This document shows, piece after piece, positions 45,994 to 54,454 of a stretch of 64,000 nucleotides of DNA (position 1 is its first letter; every line of letters starts with the position of its first letter). The notes below the pieces were generated by a model that saw only the letters and a program-made list of their open reading frames with translations, ran no database searches and was not told where the DNA came from. Source of the DNA: Magnetococcales bacterium (GTDB lineage Bacteria; Pseudomonadota; Magnetococcia; Magnetococcales; UBA8363). The stretch lies in NCBI GenBank assembly GCA_002753515.1, contig PEAK01000010.1, positions 17,469 through 81,468 of the forward strand, written 5' to 3'. The translations under genes were made by a program, and so were the position numbers.

Positions 45994-47805
45994 TTACAGT
46001 TTGGACAGTGCCGAGGTCAAGGCATTGCCCTGACTGTTCATGCTGCTGACCAACTGCTCAAGATTGGCAAACTTTTTGTTCAACTGTGCCCGAACCTTAT
46101 CTTCCCGTGCTTGTTCCCGCGTTATGGTATCATCCAGGGATTTGAGTTGATCTGTAATGCTTTGTTTGGAACCCCCAAGGGAGCCGGTGGTGTTGGTAAT
46201 GCTTTTGAGCAATGTATCCAGGCGGTAGGACAGACCCGCACTGTTGCTGGTACCGACTGAGGTCTGAGTGTTGGTGAACAGACTCGCCAGATTGGTGAAA
46301 TTGGTATTCAGGGCCGTATCCAACTTGGTGCTGTCGAAACTGACCTGACCGGTTTTTTGGTCCGTTCTGAGGCCGATTTCCGCCAGCATGGAAAACGGGC
46401 TCAACCTGTTTCCTGAGAGATCGCCGCTGGACGTGGGCGTATTCAACTGCGACCGCAGTTGGGAGACAACGCTACGGGCCAAAGCCGATGCTTCTAAAGT
46501 ACCACCTTTGCCGGAGTTCTCGGCGATATATTTAATGACGTCATTAAATGCTGAAGTGAAAGAGTTCAGGGTCGTTTTGAGTGTTGTATTGTCATTGGCC
46601 ACGGTCACGGATACGGGTGTGTTGGCCGCTGTGACTTGCTTGAGTGACAGGGTGATGCCGGGCAAAACACTGGTCACGCTATTGCTTGAGCTGTAGATAT
46701 TGGTCAGGCCGTCTATCTTCATCTGCGCGTCCTGACCAACGCTCGATTGGAACGCCCCCCAACTGGTTGCGGCGGTTGATTTCAGCGTCGACGCAGTGCC
46801 GCTTCCATCAACGTTGCTGAAGTTTACATCGACATTCAAACCAGTGATGGCGGTAGTGCCGTCTATGACCAGGCGATTCTGGTAACCGTCGTTGACGATA
46901 CTGGCTTTGAGTCCGGTTACGTTCATGCTGTTGATCCGGGTTGCGATGCCCGATAATGTATCTCCTGCTGCTACACCAACGGTCGCATTGGTGTACGAGG
47001 TTCCATTGAAGGTAAAATCAAAATTCGTAACGGCGCTGACGGTGGCGCTGGAGCTGGTCATCGCGGTTGCTGTACCGATCGCAACGGTATTACCCGAGGT
47101 AACCGTCGTGTCCCAGGTTTGGCCACCGGTCCAGGCCATGTTCATGACCAGATTCGTCAGACGCGTCGTATTGGTCGTACCATCCGAATTACGGCTCCCG
47201 GCTCCCTGGTCCCTGGGGGTCAGGACCAAACGGTAGTTGGTACCGTCATACAAGGTGCTGGCACTGACGCCGGTTGAGTTCGTGCCATAGTTGTAACTGC
47301 TGATCTTCGAGGCAATGGTCGACAGGGAATCCCCTGAGGCGATCGCGAAGTCGGTGTTGGTGTAATTGGTCGTCGTCCCATCGGTATTCATGAGGGTGAA
47401 GCTCAGGGTCGGCGCGGCGGAGAGCGTGTCGGTGGAGCTGGTGACACCCGCTGCGGACATCATCGTCTGGGAGCTGGCCAGACGTGTAATCTCAACACTG
47501 TGGCTGCCTGCAACTGCCGTGGAAGAAGCCGTCACATCAAGATAAGTCGTGTCACCGCTGGTAGCCGTGTGCGGCGACCAGGAGGAAATCGATTGCAAAT
47601 TGGTAACCGTTGTATCAAGGGCGGAGAGTTTGGAGCCCAGATCGTTCAACGCCGTTTGCTGCGTGGTCAGGTTGCTTTTCTTCGTTTGCAGGGCGGTCAT
47701 GCGCCGGGTTTCGACCGTCATCAACTGATCGACCATATTCGCCGGCAATCCGGTGGCCAACCCCCCGAAACTGATCGGGGTACTCGAAACGCTGGAAGTA
47801 GCCAT
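45994..47805 (-). CDS. fliD: Flagellar filament cap protein FliD
   Basis: 603 aa with the FliD N-terminus (ISFGGLATGLPANMVDQLMTVETRRMTALQTKKSNL) and C-terminal coiled coil (KFANLEQLVSSMNSQGNALTSAL). Confidence 0.9.
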   Translation of the reverse strand: MATSSVSSTPISFGGLATGLPANMVDQLMTVETRRMTALQTKKSNLTTQQTALNDLGSKLSALDTTVTNLQSISSWSPHTATSGDTTYLDVTASSTAVAGSHSVEITRLASSQTMMSAAGVTSSTDTLSAAPTLSFTLMNTDGTTTNYTNTDFAIASGDSLSTIASKISSYNYGTNSTGVSASTLYDGTNYRLVLTPRDQGAGSRNSDGTTNTTRLTNLVMNMAWTGGQTWDTTVTSGNTVAIGTATAMTSSSATVSAVTNFDFTFNGTSYTNATVGVAAGDTLSGIATRINSMNVTGLKASIVNDGYQNRLVIDGTTAITGLNVDVNFSNVDGSGTASTLKSTAATSWGAFQSSVGQDAQMKIDGLTNIYSSSNSVTSVLPGITLSLKQVTAANTPVSVTVANDNTTLKTTLNSFTSAFNDVIKYIAENSGKGGTLEASALARSVVSQLRSQLNTPTSSGDLSGNRLSPFSMLAEIGLRTDQKTGQVSFDSTKLDTALNTNFTNLASLFTNTQTSVGTSNSAGLSYRLDTLLKSITNTTGSLGGSKQSITDQLKSLDDTITREQAREDKVRAQLNKKFANLEQLVSSMNSQGNALTSALSKL

Positions 47806-47841
47806 ATGATCTTCCCCTTGATTTCCTTCGATCCCTATCTC

Positions 47842-48129
47842 TCAGACGCACCGGTCATACAACATGTTCTGCAATACCTGCATTTTGATGGACAGATCCT
47901 GCATCTGATCACCTTTCAGGCGAGCGATCTCCCGACTGTCCACGGTATCCACGACCTGCACCTGATTGTCCAACACGGACTCATCCAAACGCAACATCAA
48001 AGAGGACATGGAATCGAGAAACTGGTTGGCCTCATGCACCAACGACCCCAAATCCGCCAGTTCGTCCAGTAGCACCGGGGTTTCCAACGTGATTGGAATT
48101 TCCTTGGCAACGCCCATCATTTCGCTCAT
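47842..48129 (-). CDS. flaG: FlaG-family protein
   Basis: 95 aa with a FlaG-like core (LRLDESVLDNQVQVVDTVDSREIARLKGDQMQDL). It sits between a flagellin gene and fliD. Confidence 0.75.
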   Translation of the reverse strand: MSEMMGVAKEIPITLETPVLLDELADLGSLVHEANQFLDSMSSLMLRLDESVLDNQVQVVDTVDSREIARLKGDQMQDLSIKMQVLQNMLYDRCV

Positions 48130-48208
48130 GGCACACCTGTACCTTCCAGGGAAATCTTTCCTGGCCTCCCATATTTATCGGATGATTCCGCCCTGACTTG
48201 CGTTCTTT

Positions 48209-49060
48209 TTATCCGAGCAGCTTCAGGGCGAGCTGGGGTTGCTGATTGGCCTGGGCCAGAACGGCGGTTCCCGCTTGTTGCAAAATGGAATTGCGTGTCA
48301 GGTTGGCGGTTTCCGCCGCGATGTCCGCATCCATGATACGCGAACGTGCCGCCGACATGTTCTCCACCACATTCGACAGGTTGGATATGACGGCCTGGAA
48401 GCGGTTTTGGATGGCACCCAGGTTGGAACGGGCACTGGAAATAGCATCCAGGGCCGAGTCAATCTTGGCCAATGTCACACTGGCTTTGGCCGCGGTACTG
48501 ACAATGGCCGAATAGGCATTCACCGTTATACCGCCGGTCAATGTACCCAACTTCAGCGTGCTGAGGTTCAAGGACCCGATGTTCATGGTGATCGTCTGGC
48601 CGGCATTGGTTCCAACCTGGAACGCAATGGTGGCCATGGATCCATTCAACACGCCCCTGTTGTTGAAAGTGACCTGGTTGGCGGTCCTCTGAATCTCCTG
48701 CAGGAGTTGCTGTACCTCCGCATTGAGGGAAATACGATCCGCGTTGGTGTTCGTCCCGTTGATGGCCTGTACCGCCAGTTCCCGGATCCGCTGCAAAGAA
48801 TTGGTGTTTTCTTCCAGCGCCCCTTCGGCAACTTGCGACAGGGAGATGCCATCATTGGCGTTGCGAATGGCTTGGGTCAGACCACGGACCTGGGAAGTCA
48901 TCCGCTGGGAAATCGCCAAACCGGCGGCGTCATCCTTGGCGGAATTGATCCGGAGACCGGAGGCCAAGCGGGCAAAGCTGGTCCCCAGGGAATTGGTGGA
49001 ATGATCAAGATGACGTCGAGTGTTGATAGAGGCAAGGTTCGTGTTGATAAAAAGCGGCAT
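48209..49060 (-). CDS. Flagellin (short, 283 aa; essentially D0/D1 only)
   Basis: The N-terminus is [18 protein letters not shown]...[25 protein letters not shown]. The C-terminus is [70 protein letters not shown]. Confidence 0.95.
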   Translation of the reverse strand: MPLFINTNLASINTRRHLDHSTNSLGTSFARLASGLRINSAKDDAAGLAISQRMTSQVRGLTQAIRNANDGISLSQVAEGALEENTNSLQRIRELAVQAINGTNTNADRISLNAEVQQLLQEIQRTANQVTFNNRGVLNGSMATIAFQVGTNAGQTITMNIGSLNLSTLKLGTLTGGITVNAYSAIVSTAAKASVTLAKIDSALDAISSARSNLGAIQNRFQAVISNLSNVVENMSAARSRIMDADIAAETANLTRNSILQQAGTAVLAQANQQPQLALKLLG

Positions 49061-49375
49061 GGTTCATTCCCCTTTGTCCGGGAGCTTTTTCCCAGTCCAA
49101 CCCATTAAGGGCTGGTTGTCGGTTGCCGATGAAGCCGGGCTTCTTGCCCAATAACCTTTGATTCTCCGGATTGGTCTTCCGGGTCAACCCTGGAAATGAA
49201 GTTTGCATGGAACTGGTCAGGCTGGTGATGGTTCACGCTAAGGAATTGTTACCAACCATCCCGACTCGTCACTCAAACTCCCTCCACCGGGGGTTACTCC
49301 ATCTGTTACTTGGGTTCTTTTGTAATCATGAAAACGAATGCGTCAGAATGCTTCGGCTCGGTTCGCTCCCCTCTT

Positions 49376-49873
49376 TTAGACGGCTATCTTTTTTTTGGTT
49401 TGCGGTTTCATTTCCTGCAGCGCCTGCTCCCGGGCTTGCGCCTGAAACTCTTTGGGTATCAAGGGCTGTCGGGAGGAATACTGGCCCAACAAAATCTGTT
49501 TGCCCTTGCGGGTCTGAATATTGACGATCACGGGACCTGCAAGGTTGGTGCGCATCTCTTCGGGGTGACCCTCCGGGATGGTTACCAGGGTGAACATTTC
49601 CGCATCTTCCGATTTCTTCAGGCCAATGGCAGCGGCATCTTCATCTGAAATTTCAAATTCCAGGTCGCTAAAGAAGTCGAACGGATTGACGACGATGAAG
49701 GATATCTCCGGCTCATCCACCGACTGCAGCCAAAAGAACGAAGAATCATCCGAGTAGGGGAACATGATGTAGCGCCTACTCAAGGGGAAACCCAACAAGC
49801 CATCCTCCAACCGGATCACGTCCGCAGAGTCAAAGCTCAGGGTTCCAAAACGGGTGCCATGAACCTCCATCAT
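49376..49873 (-). CDS. fliW: Flagellar assembly factor FliW (copy 1) with a basic C-terminal extension
   Basis: MMEVHGTRFGTLSFDSADVIRLEDGLLGFP...FFWLQSVDEPEISFIVVNPFDFF. The tail reads ...KEFQAQAREQALQEMKPQTKKKIAV. The ATG at 49873 has a gggaga RBS. Confidence 0.85.
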   Translation of the reverse strand: MMEVHGTRFGTLSFDSADVIRLEDGLLGFPLSRRYIMFPYSDDSSFFWLQSVDEPEISFIVVNPFDFFSDLEFEISDEDAAAIGLKKSEDAEMFTLVTIPEGHPEEMRTNLAGPVIVNIQTRKGKQILLGQYSSRQPLIPKEFQAQAREQALQEMKPQTKKKIAV

Positions 49874-50002
49874 CGTCTTCTCCCTGTCGTTGGGCATCTC
49901 GCATTGCGTTTCCGGTTGGTGATACCCAACCCCGACCGGATGGTTTCGAGAATTCTGTCAGTTAAACCACTGGGTTCTTTAAAACAATCTGTTCAATTCA
50001 CT

Positions 50003-50022
50003 AATCAATCAATCAATCAATC
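50003..50022. repeat. Tetranucleotide simple sequence repeat (AATC)5, read as (GATT)5 on the minus strand
   Basis: Five perfect tandem aatc units. They lie between the sigma54 element at 50099-50114 and the fliW start at 49873. Confidence 0.95.
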
Positions 50023-50098
50023 AACTGTAATGTTTTGTTCGTTCCCTGGTGCTGCCTGATCCGCTTACTGTGGTATTCCGATGCGTTGTATCTGATAA

Positions 50099-50114
50099 TG
50101 CATTTCGTGTGCCA
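50099..50114 (-). promoter_or_regulatory. Sigma54 (-24/-12) promoter for the fliW(copy 1)-flagellin unit
   Basis: The minus strand reads TGGCACacgaaaTGCA. It matches TGGCAC and TGCA with canonical GG-to-GC spacing. It is correctly oriented, about 225 nt upstream of the fliW ATG. Confidence 0.7.
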
Positions 50115-50242
50115 TTTATATCTTCTTGGTCTTTCTTGGCTTTTCCTTGTTCTCCCTGTCTTCTGGAGCGGTGTTTGGGAAATTGTTGCCTACTTGAGTC
50201 CGGCAATTTTTGTTACCGGGTACCATTCAGGCTGTCAGGCCA

Positions 50243-50286
50243 GGGGATCCGCTCTCCCGGGAGTGGGGTGGGGCGAGCGGATCCCC
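50243..50286 (-). terminator. GC-rich hairpin directly after the 775-aa flagellin gene; terminator-like, with no U tract
   Basis: The 12-bp stem ggggatccgctc / gagcggatcccc has a 20-nt loop and lies 18 nt past the stop codon. No T run follows on the minus strand. Confidence 0.35.
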
Positions 50287-50303
50287 CTTGACGGCCTGAG
50301 ACC

Positions 50304-52631
50304 TCATCTGAGCAGTTGCAATGCCAGTTGAGGTTGTTGGTTGCACTGGGCAAGAACTGCCGTTCCAGCTTGTTGCATGATGGTCAGCTTGGTCATGTTG
50401 GCTGTTTCCGCAGCGATATCGGTGTCCAAAATGCGCGAGCGGGCAGCACTGACGTTTTCCACCACGTTGGAAAGATTGTTGATATTCGAGGTGAACCGAT
50501 TCTGAATGGCACCCAACTCCGCCCGTGTCGAGGAGACCCGATCAATGGCCTGCTTGACGATGGAGATCATCCGGGCGGCCGCATCCTGTCCGGACAACGG
50601 CGGATTGGAGGCATTGGTCGTTGGGGGATTGAACGGCAACGTCGGATCGGTGGGGATCGTGGCGCCGGTGATGTCAATCAGGGGCGATGGGGGGAACTTG
50701 GTTTGTTGGGAAGTATCAAGCATCCAAGAAGGGACGGTGATATATTCCCCCCCTTTCGGTTGCGAAGCGGCACGAACTGCGGAATCACGTGCCCCCAACA
50801 CCAGGGCCATTTGCTTGGCGGATGCCTGGGCCGAGGCCACCGTGCCACTGGGTTTGGCCGCTGACAATCCGGCAGCCGCTATGATCTTGGCTTCGGAAAT
50901 GGTCAGTTGCTTGGATTGATCGGCTGCAACCGCCGCCTGGGCGATGGATTCAATGTCCTTGTTCTCATTGACGGCGCCACGGAAAGCCTGGATCACCAGG
51001 ATGAGATTGCCCACCGGGACATCCTTGACCGTCGTACCGTTGGTCACGGCATTGTCGATGACGGTGGTGGGACCGGAGGCGTTGAATATGGCACCGTTGG
51101 TGGCCCCCGCCAATGCGGTATATTGCGCGGGAACCGTATCGGAATCGGTGTAGGTGGTGCGAATGGCATCATAAGTGGCTGCGGCAATGACCCGTGCCTG
51201 ATCCGAGTTGATCGTGGAATCGGCGGGTTTGACCACGGTTTCCGCAACCCAGGCCGCGATCACTGCCGATTTTTGGTTGCCACCAGCGGTCAGTTTGGTC
51301 ACGCCATCGTTGTTGCGTCCCCGGGCGGCCAGCACCGCTGCCGCCAAACCTTTGGCATTGTTGCCGGTTATGCGGGGGTCGGCACCCGTAATGGCGGCGG
51401 CCATGGCCGTGACATCCAGGTTGCTGTCGATGCCATTGTTGATGGCGGTCGTCAGTCCGGCAACCACGGGGGCGAACCCGAGACCGGTCACTATGGCCGA
51501 TGTGGTATTGGCAACATTGGCAACCATGGTTTGCAAGTCAACGGTGACGCCCACGGCATTGATGGCCACGGCGGTGCCAAAGTTCGACGCATCCATGGCT
51601 GCCTGGGCTATGGTTTGCGCGTTGGTGGAGGAGAGCTTCGGGTTGGCCGCCTGGATGTCCGAGGTCAGGTCCGTAAGGCTCTTGCCGGCAGCGATACCCT
51701 TGCTGGCAGCCGTTTGAATCTTGGCATCGGGACTCGTCGCCAATGTGGCCGGTACCAGGGCCGTCGTAGCGATGTTGACGGCTTTGTTGATCGCGGTGTC
51801 GCGGTCCATCAGATTGGTTTCGAGGGCATTGACAACACCCGTAGTGCTAACCACTGCGGCATCGATCAGGGGGGAAACGGTCGAGGTGTTCTGATCGTCG
51901 ATGGCGTTCATCATGTTCTTCGACACGGTGCTGGAATCGATCGTCCAGGGCGATGGGCCTTGGGTGTTGGCGTTGGCCAGGGTGTTGATCATCTTGGCCG
52001 CCGTGGAGCTGAACAACTTGGAGCCAGCCAATTGTGTCGACGGGGCTTTGATGGTCATACCCGTGATCAATGGGTTTTTGACACTGAGCAGATTGTTGGG
52101 ATCAGCCGGTTGGGGTTGCGCCAGCAAGGTCGCGGCACGGGCATCCGCCAGGGTGACGACCACGGTCTGACTCTCCTGGGCACCGATCTGGAACACCAGC
52201 GGTTTGGTCTTGCCGTTGAGCATCGGCCAACCGTTGAATTCCGTTTGATTGGCGACCCGCTCGATTTCTGACAGGAGTTGCGACACCTCCTGTTGCAAAC
52301 TGGCGCGGTCCTGATCCCCGTTGGTGGCGTTGGCCGCTTGCACCGCCAGCTCGTTGATGCGTTGCAACATGTCGGCGTGTTCCTGGAGGGCGCCTTCCGC
52401 CACCTGGGATACGGAGATCCCATCGTTGGCATTGCGCACCGCTTGCGACAAGCCGCGAATCTGCGAGGTCATGCGGTTGCTGATGGCGAGGCCCGCAGCA
52501 TCATCTCCCGCCGTGTTGATGCGGACGCCGGATGAGAGCCTTGCGAAAACTTTGCCCAGTTCCCCAGACGACTTCAACATGTTGCGTTGCGCGTTCATGG
52601 AGGCCAGGTTGGTGTTCAGATAAATTGGCAT
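50304..52631 (-). CDS. Flagellin (giant, 775 aa) with an Ala/Thr/Asn-rich central region of about 490 aa
   Basis: The N-terminus is [18 protein letters not shown]...[25 protein letters not shown]. The C-terminus is [70 protein letters not shown]. Confidence 0.9.
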   Translation of the reverse strand: MPIYLNTNLASMNAQRNMLKSSGELGKVFARLSSGVRINTAGDDAAGLAISNRMTSQIRGLSQAVRNANDGISVSQVAEGALQEHADMLQRINELAVQAANATNGDQDRASLQQEVSQLLSEIERVANQTEFNGWPMLNGKTKPLVFQIGAQESQTVVVTLADARAATLLAQPQPADPNNLLSVKNPLITGMTIKAPSTQLAGSKLFSSTAAKMINTLANANTQGPSPWTIDSSTVSKNMMNAIDDQNTSTVSPLIDAAVVSTTGVVNALETNLMDRDTAINKAVNIATTALVPATLATSPDAKIQTAASKGIAAGKSLTDLTSDIQAANPKLSSTNAQTIAQAAMDASNFGTAVAINAVGVTVDLQTMVANVANTTSAIVTGLGFAPVVAGLTTAINNGIDSNLDVTAMAAAITGADPRITGNNAKGLAAAVLAARGRNNDGVTKLTAGGNQKSAVIAAWVAETVVKPADSTINSDQARVIAAATYDAIRTTYTDSDTVPAQYTALAGATNGAIFNASGPTTVIDNAVTNGTTVKDVPVGNLILVIQAFRGAVNENKDIESIAQAAVAADQSKQLTISEAKIIAAAGLSAAKPSGTVASAQASAKQMALVLGARDSAVRAASQPKGGEYITVPSWMLDTSQQTKFPPSPLIDITGATIPTDPTLPFNPPTTNASNPPLSGQDAAARMISIVKQAIDRVSSTRAELGAIQNRFTSNINNLSNVVENVSAARSRILDTDIAAETANMTKLTIMQQAGTAVLAQCNQQPQLALQLLR

Positions 52632-52669
52632 GGTCGTTTCCTTTCGTTACTGCATTGCATTCGCAAAGA

Positions 52670-53209
52670 TCAACCGGCTGCGGCTACCTTCAGCGATCTG
52701 TTTTTGTCCGTCTGCCGCGAACGCCGCCGCGTACCCTTGTTGACCGGTTTCTTCCTGTCGGATTCATTCAGATATCTTTCACGCAATACCTTCGGGATGA
52801 GGGGCTGGCGTGGAGAAAATTCTTTAATGAGTATCTGTTTGCCCTTCCGATTGACGGTGTTGACCACCACGGGACCGGCGAGATTGGTGCGCATTTCTTC
52901 GGGCCGTCCCTCGGGTATCGTCACCAGCGTGAACACTTCCACATCTTCGCCCCGTTCCAACCCCAGTTGTTCGGTGTCTTCATCCTGGATGGCGAACTCC
53001 AGGTCGGCGAAGAAATCGAAAGGATTGACCACGATGAAAGCAATTTCCGGTTCATCCACCGATTGCAGCCAGAAAAATGAGGAATCCTGACCGTAAGGGA
53101 ACAACAAGAACCTGTTGCTCAAGGGGAATCCCAACAATCCGTCCCCGATGGTGATCACTTCGCTGTCCTCGAACTCCAGTACCCCAAACCGGGTTCCATG
53201 AATCTCCAT
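52670..53209 (-). CDS. fliW: Flagellar assembly factor FliW (copy 2) with a longer basic C-terminal extension
   Basis: MEIHGTRFGVLEFEDSEVITIGDGLLGFP...FFWLQSVDEPEIAFIVVNPFDFF. The tail reads ...RERYLNESDRKKPVNKGTRRRSRQTDKNRSLKVAAAG. The RBS is ggagtggag. Confidence 0.85.
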   Translation of the reverse strand: MEIHGTRFGVLEFEDSEVITIGDGLLGFPLSNRFLLFPYGQDSSFFWLQSVDEPEIAFIVVNPFDFFADLEFAIQDEDTEQLGLERGEDVEVFTLVTIPEGRPEEMRTNLAGPVVVNTVNRKGKQILIKEFSPRQPLIPKVLRERYLNESDRKKPVNKGTRRRSRQTDKNRSLKVAAAG

Positions 53210-53233
53210 GTTTGTTCTCCACTCCCAAAGAAA

Positions 53234-54433
53234 CTACCGAATAAAATCTAATAACGATGTATTGAGTATTTGGCGTTCGGTGGCGGTCAGCACCTGCATG
53301 TTCTGGGATTTCTGCGTCAACTCGGAGATCAATCCCAAAACATCCGCTTCGCTGTTGGTCGCCTTGGCCGTTGACAGGGCCTCGCTGTCCGTTGACAAGG
53401 TTTTGCTGACCGCATCGATCAGTGTGACCCGTACACCGGTGACCGCTTGCAAGTCAGAGACCTGAGCGCCCGCTTCCTGCAGTCGGTCCACCTGGGCATG
53501 AATTTCATCCGGGTCGGCCCTGAGCAAAGCCCCGCGCAAGGCGGCTATGGCACCCAGGACATTGACATTGCGTCCGATGGGACCGGTCCCTTCGAGTAAT
53601 TCCTTGCCGGTGACGTTACCCGGCAAAGTTTGCCCATTCAGTACTTTGACCGGGCGGTCGGCAACGCCCCCCTGGTATTGGGGAATGACCTCGAAGTAGT
53701 AGACATCCCCCTTGGCGGGCTTGTAAGCATCGTCAACACTGACCTGCAAGCCATTGCCCAAATCCAGGACCGTCGGCGAGGTCCCCGTTTGTTTGGGTGG
53801 CGGTTGTTCAACGCCGTTGACATCCACCTTGAATTCCCCGGTTGCCGCCTGATAGGACATTTTGACGCTCATGGGGAGGTCCGTGATGCTTTGGCCATTC
53901 ACCACACTTGCTTTGATGCCGGTCGGGGCGGGGGCCAACGTACCCTTGCCATTGCTCCGCATCGTCATCGACGTGGTTTGCAGGTGCTGGGCATCGTAGG
54001 GCGACCGGGTGCGGCTGCCACTGAAAATGGGCGTGCCATCCGTCTCAGTATTGACATTCTTCAAAATGTCCTGGTAAATCGCTTTGGCCGACTCCCCTTG
54101 CGCCTTCAAGATGTCCGGGTTGCCCGCCGTTTCACTGTTGCCCATCTGTAGCGCCAAATCTTTGGCATCCAGCAACCGTTCAAACATTTGCCCAACCTGT
54201 GTATCGGCCAAGTTCAGCCTTTGCGACGCCGTATCGGTGGTTTTTTGCAGGCTTTGCACACCGGAGAGATCCGCCGAGAACAAGACATCCCTGAAACTCC
54301 CCGTTGGGTCGTCGGAGGGGCGGCTGATCCGCTTGCCCGTTGTGGTATTCTCCTGGAGCTTTTGCAGGTCCTGCTGCTGCGACTGCATGGCAACGGCCCC
54401 TGACGTGTACATCATCGTTTGCGTGACGCGCAT
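53234..54433 (-). CDS. flgL: Flagellar hook-filament junction protein FlgL
   Basis: 399 aa. The N-terminus is MRVTQTMMYTSGAVAMQSQQQDLQKLQENTTTGKRISRPSDDP and the C-terminal helix is flagellin-like. It is downstream of flgK. Confidence 0.85.
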   Translation of the reverse strand: MRVTQTMMYTSGAVAMQSQQQDLQKLQENTTTGKRISRPSDDPTGSFRDVLFSADLSGVQSLQKTTDTASQRLNLADTQVGQMFERLLDAKDLALQMGNSETAGNPDILKAQGESAKAIYQDILKNVNTETDGTPIFSGSRTRSPYDAQHLQTTSMTMRSNGKGTLAPAPTGIKASVVNGQSITDLPMSVKMSYQAATGEFKVDVNGVEQPPPKQTGTSPTVLDLGNGLQVSVDDAYKPAKGDVYYFEVIPQYQGGVADRPVKVLNGQTLPGNVTGKELLEGTGPIGRNVNVLGAIAALRGALLRADPDEIHAQVDRLQEAGAQVSDLQAVTGVRVTLIDAVSKTLSTDSEALSTAKATNSEADVLGLISELTQKSQNMQVLTATERQILNTSLLDFIR

Positions 54434-54454
54434 GTTCGTTTTCCTCTCAGGCGA

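Noticed and set aside
48175-48182. Sigma28 -10-like TCCGATAA (minus strand) between the 283-aa flagellin and flaG
   Set aside because: No TAAA-like -35 lies at the required 15-nt spacing, and a lone 8-mer is weak evidence. A second candidate near 49349-49380 (TAAA-N17-GCCGAAGC) has the wrong spacing.
49061-50303. Search for a hidden csrA between the fliW and flagellin genes
   Set aside because: None of the ORFs in either intergenic region (for example 49005-49208 and 50021-50206) resembles CsrA. They are Arg/Gln/Pro-rich and lack the conserved beta-strand N-terminus.
50907-52271. 454-aa plus-strand ORF opposite the giant flagellin, and a 481-aa ORF at 54809-56254 opposite flgK
   Set aside because: These are shadow frames of Ala/Thr-rich genes (Gly/Arg/Val-rich translations). 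The minus-strand frames carry canonical flagellin and FlgK termini.
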